A stretch of 56,565 nucleotides of DNA, taken from the NCBI GenBank assembly GCA_963575745.1, contig CAUYUJ010000085.1:62001-118565 (forward strand), in the 5' to 3' direction. The notes under the pieces were generated by a model that did not search any database, was not told the DNA's origin, and was given only the letters and a program-made list of their open reading frames with translations. The stretch is from Prorocentrum cordatum. Its lineage: Eukaryota. The position numbers were made by a program, and so were the translations under genes. Below, one piece after another: positions 45,401 to 56,565 of the stretch (positions within the stretch are counted from its first letter, which is position 1; each line of letters opens with the position of its first letter).

Positions 45401-48088
45401 TAAGATCCTGGGGTCAGCGGAGGACATCGCAGCGCAAGTGGTTCGAGGAGTTTCTCAGTATGGCTTTCAGGTGGTCAACAAGCTGAGCGTCCTTGGCCTG
45501 GAATGTCGTGCATGGGGCTCGTCTGACCTACATGGAGATCCACAAGCGCGTCCGGAAAATCAAGGAGCGGATCCCGAGGTTCAGGAAGCTCAAAGGCATG
45601 GCGAAGCTGGCCAAGCGGATCGCTCGGCCATGCTTGGCGCCTGGCATGACCTACGGCCCCCATGCGGTGGGGGCCCCGCCAGCCACGGTAGCCATGATGA
45701 CGAACGTGGTCCGCACAGGCTGGAGCAAGACACCCACGGCTTCATCCACATGGCTTGCATCGCTCTTGGAAGAAGGTCCCAACCAGATGCCTGATGCGAT
45801 GGCGGCCGTGGAGCCCATCTTCACTTGGGCGCAGTTGGTGCTCGACCAGAAGATCCCCATGGACACGATCGAGCGCGCGTGGAAGATTCAGTCGGCAGCT
45901 TTGGCATCGGCATCGGCCCCATGGAGCTCCATCGCGGGACCTGCAGGCGCCGTCACCCTCAACCTTAGGCGTCTGGGCTGGAGGGCGCATTCAGCCACGC
46001 ATTGGGAGACGGGAAACGGCATCACGCTGAAGCTGGACGAGGTTGCACCCAAGTGGGTGCGCACGATGGCGAGACGCAGCTACAGATCGGTGAAGTGGGA
46101 GGAGTGGGCATCCAAAGTGGAACATGCAGCTGAACACCCACCTGCCCCACGCGACCCGCGAGGTTACTGGATCGAGCCGATCGCAGCCATGATGCACGCA
46201 CCTCCTGAGGCGTCTACTTGGAACTTGCAGCCCAAGGCCAGAGGCGCCCTCAGGTCCACCATCATTGGAGCGCAATGGTCACAACAGCGCCTCTACACCA
46301 TAGGCTACGCGGACTCTCAGATGTGCCAGTATTGCGGAGACGTTGTTGGCGATTTACACCACAGATTTTGGAAGTGCCCCCGTTGTGCAGATACGAGGAC
46401 AGCTGCTGTGGATGATTTGATAGTGGACATGGTTAAGGAGGCTTCCCCTAATGACCCCTTCTACACCAGGGCGCTGCTTCCTCGAGCAGTACTCCCAGAT
46501 ATTCCGCCACCCCTGGACACGCAGAGGTGGTGGTACTGCATGGGAGGCCAGACCATGGACATCACAGGAGAAGTGTTCACTGATGGATCGGCCAGGTCAC
46601 CATTATATTGGCCTGAGGCGAGCCGTGCAGGATGGGGCATTGCCATCTTAGCAGGCAGGCGCCTTCGTGGCATGGCCTTCGGCCCCTTGCCAGGGCCCCA
46701 GCAGACAGCGCAGCGGGGCGAGATCTATGCCGTGCTCCAGGTGCTCAAGCACGGTCACCTCCCGCTGCACATCAAGACCGACTGCCTGGGCCTCGTAGAG
46801 TCGCTGGCGTTCGCATTGCACGCACGTGAGGAGGGACAATGCAGACCTGTGGCGGCAGCTCTGGCATGCGATCGAGGATTTGGGCGGGCTCAGCGAAGAC
46901 CTGCAGATCACGTGGGTCGAGGGCCATCAGACGTCCCTGGAGGCAGGCGACAGCATCGACAAGGTTGGGAATGACTTCGCGGACGCGGCCGCCAAGAAGG
47001 GCACGGCGCTCCACGGCTTCCCCGAGGACGCCTACGAGGAACACAAGCGGCTGCTCAAGGCGGTCAGGCAGGTCGCTGCCTGGATAGGCAGCTGCCAGGT
47101 GGACATCGGCGTCGGCGACCAGCTCGACAGGGTCGCCACCGTGGGCAGGAAGGCTCGCCGCGGCGGGCGCGTTCAGCCAGCTCGGGCGCAGTCGGCTGGA
47201 CCAGACGGCCTCTGCGGCCGCGAGCAGAGTAAAAGACACCAGGTAGTAGCGGCAGGCCGCGGCTGGCGCTGCATGCACTGCCCTCGATTTGCCAGATCGC
47301 GTAGGGGCCTCGAGAGGCTCAGGAGGGAGGTTTGCCCAGCCAGAGGAGGAGGACGTCTGGAGGGCGGGGCGTCATCGTCTCACAGGGATGTTAGACCTCG
47401 GGTCACCTCCCCCCCGCCTCCTCCTCCTCCTCCTCTCGTGGAGCCTCCTTCCCCCTCGGTCCTCCCCTCGCTCGAGCGTGAGCGCCGTTCTGGATCGGTC
47501 GGGGGCGCTCCCCAAGGGCTTGCTGGGACTCCAGAGGCCCACCCCTCTCCTCCTCCCTCGCTTCGACCTCCCTCGCCTCACCTCGCCTCGCCTCCCCCTT
47601 CCTCGCCGCCGCCGCCGACCCCCGTCGCACCTCGTCCGAGGGTCAGGTTCGCGGAGGTCCTGGAGGGACCTGAGCGGCCCCAGGAGGCCATAAGGGGCGC
47701 GGTGGGTGCGGCGACCTCGCGGGGCGTGAAGCGAGCGTGGAAGGGCACGCCGCCGTCCAGAGCGGACGCGGTGGTGCCCAGAGCCCCGTTGCCACGCTCG
47801 GGGGAGGTCCCTCCCGCGAGCGCTCGGGGCCATGTCCTGTATCTGTCTGGGGACCTGGTGGGGTGCAGCAAGTGTGGGGCGTTCTCGGCCAGAACGGCGC
47901 GCACGCAATTGTTTTGGGATTGTGACCCAGAGGCTGCCCTTAAAGATAATCCCCAGCGAAAGTGGAGACGGGACAACTTTATGAAGGGCACCCACCCAAA
48001 GGGGGGGAAGGCCCCACCCATTCCGACCCCCCGCAGGCTCGAGGTCACGGACTCGGCGGTCCAGTGGCTCGGCCTGCTTTCCATATAG
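42408..48088 (+). pseudogene. LINE ORF2 (endonuclease-RT-RNase H), frameshifts at ~45510 and ~46810
   Basis: VTFNG, AQE, AGDWN, IDYW; FRPIALL, DISKCFD, QGALPGC, IYADD; CQYC..HRFWKC; FTDGS, RGEIYA, KTDC, NADLW, WVEGH, GNDFAD. Confidence 0.93.
43560..43900 (+). repeat. 123 bp (41 aa) in-frame tandem triplication
   Basis: ST(Y/H)SG.....GSS..LK...GMA x3. Confidence 0.9.
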
Positions 48089-50929
48089 TTGTTTCTGCTA
48101 ACTCGTTTAGCTTTGATCCGTCCTCGGTCGTTTCGGTCCCTGGCCCCCGATCCTGGGCGTTTTCCGTCGGGACCTCTCGTCGCGGCCGTGATGCTTCGGC
48201 TGGGCCAATGCGCCCTGGGGCCCGAAATCGCTCTGTGCTCGATTGCGCGTTTCTCACCTTTTCCTGCCCCCTGTTCCGTCCCGAATCCGACTCGGCGCGT
48301 CGCTCCATGGGCTCGCGACTCCTCCTTCTCGTCCTCCTCCTCCTCCTTCTCGTCCTCCTCCTCCTCCTCCTCCTTCTCCTTCTTGTCCTCCTCCGCCCTC
48401 CTCCTCCTCCGCCCTCCTCCTCCTCCTCCTCCTCCTCCTCCTCCTCCTCCTCCTCCTCCTCCAGGCCCCCGACGTGATGAGTGTTTCATAACGTCGACCC
48501 CCGGGCACCTCGGCCCGTTCCCTTGGGGCCGGTGTTCCATCCCGAGTCGCTCTCTTGGACGGCCCCGGGGCCCGGCGTGAGGGCCCCTTCGGAGGCCGAG
48601 GAAGGGCGAGAAGCCGCCCGTCGTGACTGGTTCATGACTCCGTGGGGTCTCCTCCAGGAGAACAGGGGGCAGCGAAATCCAGGGAGACTTCATGGCTCTG
48701 GCCATGATACCTGCCCCGCCCCAGTCATCACCCACCCCCCTCTTGGCCGCCCCCGGAGGGAGCGGACACGCGACCACCGCTGCGGACAAAGCTTTGGCCT
48801 AGCAAAGACCAGGTGGGCGATGCCATGGCCTCTAAAGACTAGCTACACAGGCATAAACTGTTGAGGGTCCGCTCGGATCTCTTGGATCGGCGCTGGACAC
48901 CCCCCCTCCATGGCGTGCCGACACAAGAAATGCGCGCGGACCTCCAAAACTTTATCCTTACTCCCGCACCAGCGGATGCCTTCGGGCATCTTACAGTGGG
49001 GGCCCGACCATCGGAAACATTCCACAAGAAACCCAACCCTGAGACCCCAGGACGTCCAGCGACTTGGTGTGGGAACGGCACGCTTTCCATGGCAAAACCA
49101 TCGAGACCTAAAAAGCCCAGGGCACCCTGGAGGCAAGCAGGGTAATCCTTGGCATGGGGCTCTAAGGAATTCTATGGATTCCCTGCGGAATTCCCATGGA
49201 CTCCTGGGAATCCCCTGGGGGTCCCATGGGAGTTCCCATGGCAAGCTGCACTTCTCTCCTAGGGCAACTCCGGGCGCTCCGGTGCCGCTCTGGACGGCGT
49301 GTGACCGCCGCGCGTCGCCGCAGTAGCCGCCGCCGGGCCCGGGCGGCGGTCTGGCCAGCTCGGCGCCGCCCGCCGCCGCGTTGCAAGCGCACTGGATCGC
49401 TCTGGTTCGCACTGGTCTGCACTGCGTCGATCGCGTTGCATCGCTCTGCACTGCCTTCGCGTTGCTCTGCATGAAGCGTTGCCTCGCGCTGCGTTGCGTG
49501 CGTTGCGTTGCTGCGTGTCCTTGTGCTGTCTTGCTCCGCCCTGCTATGCATGGCTGTGCACTGCTCCCTAGTGCTTTGCATTGCGTTGCATTGATTTGCA
49601 GTGCTGTGCCCAACACAGATTACACCACATGTATTGCACCATCTAGATTGCACCACAGTGATTGCCCCACCTAGATTGCACCGCATACGTTGCAAGGCAT
49701 CACTGTTTGGGGTCCTCACTGGCTAACATGTGTACTATGTGTTGCTCGTCGAGATTAGTCAGACATTGGCAAGATGAAGACGATTCAGGACCGACATGAC
49801 TCCGGGATCTCTGAGAGCTGGCGGGCCTTCTGATGTTGCAGAGCGTTCCAGAACGTTCTGAAAGCGTTCCAGGCCACTCTGAAGCACTTTACCTGCATCC
49901 AACGGGGGGCGTCCAAGCGAGGGGTTCGCAAATCATGGCCCGAAGCACGTGCGCTGCCCAGGGGGGGGGAGGGGCACGGGACGCATTGCGAGAAGAGGAG
50001 GAGGGCATGAAATCCGGGGAGACACCTGCCCCCGGCCGCGATACCCCCCCCAAATCATCACCGCCCTCTTGGCTTGGATGCCAATTCTTGGAACCTTCCT
50101 GGAGACATTCGCTCCACTCGTGCGTCGAAGATGCGTCGAACGTCCGTCGATTTGAGTCGACCCTGAGTCGAACCTGAGCCGAACCTGAGCCGAACCTGAG
50201 CCGAACCTGAGTCGAACTTGCGTCGAACTTGAATCGAACTAGTGCCGACCAGCTCCGTTAGGTGGGCCCCAGGAAGGTCCCCAGAACGAGCACCTAACTC
50301 GGCCGCCCCCGACGGGCGCTCTGAAGCGATCCACCTCCCCCCGAGGCCTGCCCCACAGACCCCTCAGGTTGCTCGGGAGCACCGGCCGAGGAGCCCCCCA
50401 GTTCATCCCCCCCCCTCCCCCGAAGGGCGCTCGGAAACGATCCCTGCCCTCCCCCACAGGCACCTCTGGGTGCTCGGGATCACGGCTCCCCACGCCAAGG
50501 ACCCCCCCCTCAGGTCGGTCATCCCCCCCCCCTCTTCCCAGACCCCGACGCCACGAGTTGTTTCTCACGACGACCCCCAGGAGTGTCGAACCATTCCCCG
50601 GGACCGGCTTTTCATCTTGAGTCGTCTTCTCACGGCCCCGAGGCCCGGCGAGGGCCCACAGAGGCCGAACATAGCGAGAGGATCCTCCCTCCGCGCCTCC
50701 TCTCCATGGCTCGAGGGGCCCGGGTCCGAGGCCCGCACCACAGATCGGGGGCGCGCAAACATGGATCAGCGATCCATGGCCTTGGCGCGCAGTCGCCAAC
50801 TCCATGGATCGGGGGAGGTGCCCTCCCCCAAATGCGGCCAGCGCCGCCTCGCTCGGCGGCGGAAATCCGCGACTCCCATGGGAACGGGCCCCGTCGCTAA
50901 CTCATGCCCTCTTCATTCATGTTTGCGAT

Positions 50930-51100
50930 CGCCTGAACAGGCCCATCAAAGGATGTTCTAAAAGAACCATTTTGTGGCCTGCCCAACATGTTCTTAGAAC
51001 ATGTCTGGCTGGGGCTGTCTTGGTTCAGCAGGTCGGACTTATACGTTCTGAGAACACCGCTTCTCTTCTTAAGAACACATTATGGGGCTCTAAAAACATG
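50930..51100. repeat. ~170 bp repeat with GTTCTnAGAAC palindromes, inverted relative to 54140-54317
   Basis: tcgcctg...ggatgttct..agaacc.ttttgtggc... matches the reverse complement of 54230-54317. Confidence 0.75.
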
Positions 51101-52179
51101 TCTTTGGAGTCCCGAAACGGTGCGGTGACAGACCGTGCGGTGACCTCGAAATCCCACGAGACCTCACCGCACGGTCCGTCACCGCACGGTCTTGGGAACC
51201 CGGAGGCCCCTGTCGCCCGAGACGTCCTCGGAGAACGGCCCGAGTCCCAAAGCCGTGCGGTGACCCCGAATCCCCACCGAGTCACCGCACGGCGTGGTCA
51301 CCACCCCGTCTGGGGACCCCCGACAATCTCGTGGTCGGCGTGTGGGAATGCCGGGACGGTCGGCCCCTGCTCCACTCCGGGTGCTATCGGGAGCACGGCT
51401 CCCCCCGGCCGAGCGGCCCCGGCCCTGAGCATCGCTGCACCGATCCCCCTCCCCCGCGGCGCGGCCTGGGCCCCTCGCTGGCCGATCCCCCACCCCCCCG
51501 GGTAGGGGGGGTCTGGGTCGTGCTCTTCGGGCTCCGACGAGGGGTGCACCCCCCACTGGGGTGGTACTTTGGCGGGGGCCTCGAAGGGGATGGAGATGGG
51601 GATGGGGATCGGTTATACGCCCAGACATGCGACGTCCTGAGTTTCCCACGACGGCGTCCCCTGGAAGTCCCGACCCCGTCCCCGGGACCGGTCTTTCATC
51701 CTGAGTCGTTTTTGGACGGTCTCAGGGGACCGGCGAGGGCCCCCGAGGGTCGAAACTAGTGAAAAACCTCCCGTCCTGATTCTCTTTTACGACGCGAGCA
51801 CGTCTGGGAACGATACCGAGACCCAGCCGGGGAAGGGCGGCGCGCGCCCCGCGCGCCTCCCGCTCGGCCTCCTGCGGTTCCAGCCGCACGCCGGGCAGCC
51901 AGCGCTGCAGGGCCGCCGCCCCGCCCTCGGGCGCCGCCGCCGCCGCCGCCAGCGGCCTCGGCGTCGCCGTCGCCGCGGTCGTCGAGGTCGTGGGAAGTTG
52001 CGAGGGGCCCTGGTGCGGGCACACAGGTCAAGAGACACGAGTCCCAGGATGCCCCAGGTCTTCCAATATCTTCTGGGTGTTCGTCCGTTCCCCCCCCCAC
52101 TTCCCACATGTTTTCCCATGACTTCCTGGGGGTCGACGATTCATTGTCTGTGTTTTTTGTCCACTCCTGAGAGTGGTCA

Positions 52180-54075
52180 TGGGCGTGGGCGTGGTCGTGG
52201 TCGTGGTCGTGGTCGTCGCCGCTGCCGCTGGCGTCGTCGTCGTCGCTGGTGCCGCCGTCGCCAGCGGTGTCGGCGTCGCTGTTACGGTGTCGACGTTGTC
52301 GTCATCGCCGTCGTCGTCGTCGGCGTCGCTCTCGTCGTCGTCGTCGCCGCCGCCGCCACCGTCGTCGTCGTCGTCGTCGGCGGCGTCGTCGTCGTCGGCG
52401 TCGTCGGCTTCGCCGCCGCTGGTGTCGTCAACGTCGTCGTCGTCGTCGTCGCTCTGGTCTGGGTGGTCGAGGTCGTCGCCGTGGGCACGGTTGTGGTCGT
52501 TGCCGCCGTCCACCTCTCAATCCTCCTGCTCCGCGTCATCGTCCTCCTCCTCCTTTTCTTTCTCCAGTGGTAACAACCATGTGCGTGTCTCTCGAAGTTC
52601 CTTCTTCCCCTCGTCCTCCTCTCACCTCCCCTCCCCATTCCCCCTCCTCTCCCTCCTCCCTCTGCTCTTCACCCTACAGCCCTACAGCTTCTTCATACCC
52701 TCCCTCCCTCCCTCCCTCCCTCCCTCCCTCCCTCCTCCTGGCCCTCCTCCTGGCCCTCCTCCTGCGCTGCTGGCTTCTCACTCCTCCGCCCTCCTCCTGC
52801 GCCTCTCCTCCTCCTCGCCCCTGCGCCGACGAGCTCCCCGGGGACAGCCGACGGGCCTGCAGGGGCCCCACTGGTGCGGAGGAGGGAGACACGGAGGGAG
52901 GGAGGGAGGGCGGGGGGAACTTGATTTCCGGGGATGGACAAAAGGACCCTTTGGAGGAGGAGGAGGAGGAGGTGGAGACGGAGGAGGAGGATCGAGGAGG
53001 ATCGAGGAGGATCGAGGAGGAGGAGGAGGAGTAGGAGGAGGAGTAGGAGCAAAACTCCATCTGGGGAAAGCAACTCCGGGGGGCCAGACCCGGGGCTGGA
53101 CCCGGCGGGCGCAGGCCTGCAAAAGAAGTGCGGCCGCGACGCCCTCTCGAGGACGGCACGAGTGCCCCGCGCAGGCAGCCGCTGCAGGGCGCGGGCTCCA
53201 CCAAAGCCTCCACGGCTTCCTCGGGCTGCACCCCTGCGGAACGCGGGGGCTCGGAGCCGAGCGACCCCCCCCCGCCGTGACAAAAACTGCAGCGCCGGGA
53301 CCTCAGGGAAAGCCGAGGCTTAGGTCGGGCATGTCCCCCTACAGGCAGATTTTGGACGAAAAAAATACCCCCAAAACATACCCCAAAATGATCAAAAATA
53401 GTCAAAACATCGCCCCCCGACTATTTTTAACTACTCAACGCCATGGGCCGCGGCGCGCGGCGGGAAGCCCTCCCGCCGGGAGGCCACGGCTGGCCGCGGC
53501 CGCAGCGGGCGCGCCAATTGAGGCGCCGCTCCGCCGAGGCGCGGCCGCCGCGCCCCACAGCGAGGCGCGGCCGCGTCCGCGCCCCGCCGAGGGCGCGCCG
53601 AGGAGCCCTGCCGCAGAGGCGGCAGGCAGCCTCGGCCGGGCCCAACGGACCTCGCAGGCCCCGCGCGGCAGGGCGCAGTTCCTCCTCCTCCTCCTCCTCC
53701 TCCTCCTCCTCCTCCTCCTCTCTCCTCCTCCTCCACCTCCACCTCCTCCTCCTCCTCCTCCTCCTCCTCCTCCTCCTCGTTCTCCTTCTCCCCCTCCTCC
53801 GACTACTCCCCCTCCTCCTCCACCTCCTCCTCCCCCTCCTCCTCCTCCTCCTCCTCCTCCTCCTCCTCCTCCTCCTCCTCCTCCTCCTCCTCCTCCCCGT
53901 CCCCCTCCTCCTCCTCCTCCTCCTCCTCCTCTCCTCCTCCTCCTCCTCCTCCTCCTACCCTCCTTCGGCTACTCCTCCTCCTCCTCCTCCTCCTCCTCCT
54001 CCTCCTCCACCTCCCCCTCCCCCTCCTCCTCCTCCTCCTCCTCCTCCTCCTCCTCCTCCTCCTCCTCCTCCTCCT
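52180..54075. repeat. (GTC)n, (CCT)n and (GGA)n low-complexity blocks
   Basis: Direct reading. Confidence 0.85.
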
Positions 54076-54904
54076 CTGGCGTGATTTGTTGCGCGATGCT
54101 GCATTGTTTTAGCTGGGACCGACCGTCCCGGCATTCCTATAGGCCTAGCAGGAAATGTTCTTAGAACCCGAACATGTTCTAGGAGCAAAAACAATCCTCT
54201 TAGAACATTCACCCGATGTGTTATAACAGGACAGCCTAAGCCAGGAATGTTCTGAGAACACTTCGCGCAAGCCACAAAAGGTTCTCAGAACATCCTCTGG
54301 TGGACCTAGCAGGCGAGCCAGGACGCTTCCGCCACTGCCTGAGTTTTGTTGGTGCAGCGTCGGATCTCAGGGCCTGTCCCGGCCCCTGTCGGCGACCTTC
54401 TGAACCCGGGTCAATCCAGACCCGGGTCAGCAGGAAACTAACAACTGCAGTGCAGGAACAAAAAAACATGCAACGCAGGTCCTCGCAAACCCGGGTCAGC
54501 CAGCAGGCGCGGCCGCCCCGCGGCCACGAGCGGCTCGCGGACCCGGGTCGGCCAGAGGGGGTCCTCGCAGGATCCTGCAGGATCCGGCGCTCTGGCTGAC
54601 CCCAGTCTGCGTCGACCCCCGCCTCGAGGCTCCCGACCCTGGCGGGCGGAGGCGGACACGACGGCGGCCGCTCGATCCATCCTGGGCCTCCGCGGGCCCT
54701 CGCCCGGCCTCGGGGCCGCCCGACCCAGAGGCGCCTCGGGACGGAGAGCCGCAGATGCTCCAAAGAGAAGCCACACGCGCTATACAACAACTGAGCGAAC
54801 GAATCCTCCTCCTCGATCCTCCTCCTCGATCCTCCTCCTCGATCCTCCTCCTCGATCCTCCTCTTCGATCCTCCTCCTCCTCCTCCTCCTCTTTTTACAT
54901 GGGG

Positions 54905-55570
54905 GCCTCCCATACCATCTTGCCGGCTCTTGCGATTCGACGCTCATCGGCGTCGAATCGACGCTCATCGACGCCAAATCGTCGACGTCATGGGAAGCGT
55001 CGATGCTGAGTCGTCGACGCTGCATCTCGGGCGGTCGACGTGATGGGAAACTATCAGGACGTCGGGGTCGGGGGGCGGGGGGCGGGGGGGCGAAGCGCCG
55101 GCGCGGCGGGCGGCAGCAGGGGCGCGCAGCCGGAGTGTGCTCGTGTGTCGTGTGTTGTGTGTTGTGTGCTATGTTGTGTGCTGTGTGTTGTGTGTGTGTG
55201 TGTGTCAATGAGAATGGAGGGGGAGAAGGAGAACGGAGGAGGAGAAGGAGAATGGTCGAGCCTGTGGAGGCCTCCGAATATGGGGAGAAGGAGAACGGAG
55301 GAGGAGAAGGAGAAGGAGAAGGAGAAGGAGGAGGAAAGGATGAAGAACAGGAGGACGGAATGAGCAGCGAGGACAGTGACCACGGGGGGGCAGGAGGGGG
55401 ACGAGAGCAGGGCGAGGGTTCGGCGGCAACTCATGGGAGCCTCCCATACCATCTTGTCGGCTCTGGCGAATCGACGCTCAACGATGCAAAATCGCTGCAA
55501 ATCGACGCGAACCGACGCAACATCGGCGCTATCTTAACGAATCCCAGACGCCAATCGACGCGAATCAACG
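54905..55570. repeat. Direct repeat pair rich in TCGACGC motifs
   Basis: gcctcccataccatcttg.cggctct.gcga.tcgacgctca at ~54905 and ~55439. Confidence 0.75.
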
Positions 55571-55744
55571 CTGAATGCGGAATTATGAGGGTCGACCAGG
55601 CCCCCATGAATTTTGCTGCAGTGGAGGCTGGTCCGCAGTGGTGCGGGAATGTCGTGCCTTCCATCGACACGAAACATCGAAGCCCAAGAAGCCCTCGAGG
55701 CAAGCAGGGTGTTTCTTGGCATGGTGCTCCACTGTACCGAACGA

Positions 55745-55958
55745 TTTGGACGCCCGAAATGGGTACGGAAAAAATGGGTACAATGCCCAACAACAAATGC
55801 TGTCCCAAACCAACAGCGGCCGCTGTTGGGCAGGCTGCCTTCTGTCTCAAATGGACACAGGCCGCGGCGGCGCGGACAGCGAGTCCTCTTCAAAATGAAC
55901 AGGGACTGCTGTTGGGCATTGTACCCATTCTTTCCGTGCCAATCTCGTTCGTGCAGAA
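55745..55958. mobile_element. MITE family B copy 2
   Basis: Homologous to 13744-13957; internal palindrome caacagcggccgctgttg. Confidence 0.75.
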
Positions 55959-56444
55959 ACGAGCAGGAGCAGGGGGGACGCGAGAACGGAGGAGGAGGGC
56001 CAGAGGCGGAGAGACCACGACCACGGAGGAGGGGGATGGGGCAGCAGCAGGGGGGGCGACGCGCACGGAGCAGCAGGGGCAGGGGGGGAGGAGGGGAAGG
56101 GGAGAAGGTCCTCCTTATCCCCCTGGTCCCTCCTCCTCCTCCTCCTCCAGCTCCAGCTCCTCCTCCTCCTCCTCCTCCTCCTCCTCCTCCTCCAGCTCCA
56201 GCTCCTCCTCCTCCTCCTCCTCCTCCTCCTCCTCCTCCTGCTCCTCCTGCTTTTCCCGCTCCTCCGGGCAGCAGGGGCGGCAGCAAAAGCAGGGGCAGGG
56301 AGAGGATGCAGAGGGGGAGGAGCGCAGGAGGAGCGGCAGGAAGAGCCAGGATGTATCGCCACTGGGCAGCGCTTCGCCGATCCCGATCCCCAGCGGCGTG
56401 GCCTAGGCCCCCCACCCCTCGGGCCGATGTGCCCCCCTAGATGG

Positions 56445-56501
56445 GATATATATATATATATACATATATACACATATATATATTCATATATATATAAATA
56501 A

Positions 56502-56532
<31 letters not shown>

Positions 56533-56565
56533 ATTTATGAATATATATTTACATATATGTATATA
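56445..56565. repeat. (TA)n microsatellite
   Basis: Direct reading. Confidence 0.95.

Larger units (their letters stand above)
41121..48320 (+). mobile_element. Near full-length LINE with RNase H
   Basis: ORF1 plus ORF2 (APE-RT-CCHC-RNase H-Zn modules) with only two visible frameshifts; flanked by (CCT)n on both sides. Confidence 0.93.

Noticed and set aside
50950..51080. Heat-shock elements
   Set aside because: Spacing is TTC-n3-GAA rather than TTC-n2-GAA, and the motifs lie inside a repeat.
52173..56473. 663-aa and 467-aa ORFs
   Set aside because: Concatenated low-complexity tracts and MITE sequence.

Overview
This is GC-rich eukaryotic DNA dense with microsatellites and mobile elements. 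The transposon types, spliced-leader-like motifs and an AG|G intron junction point to a dinoflagellate (inference). It holds two LINE retrotransposons (1-~5.27 kb minus, ~41.1-48.3 kb plus), a 5'-truncated tyrosine-recombinase (DIRS/Ngaro-like) retrotransposon with a cytosine-methyltransferase-like domain, a decayed Copia-like LTR element that also carries an MTase-like domain, and several MITE families. One host gene is visible: a CUB-domain multipass membrane protein on the minus strand. Its reading frame is split by a ~17.7 kb insertion (18891-36595) and rejoins in frame when the insertion is removed. That insertion is a nested stack of non-coding elements sharing an unusual end design: an (A/G)AT junction, an asymmetric subterminal inverted repeat and a terminal hairpin (GCGAAGC-type in the two clearest cases). 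This suggests rolling-circle/HUH-type mobility. One terminus has also accumulated serial A-tailed cassettes. Most long ORFs in the track are artefacts of low-complexity repeats.
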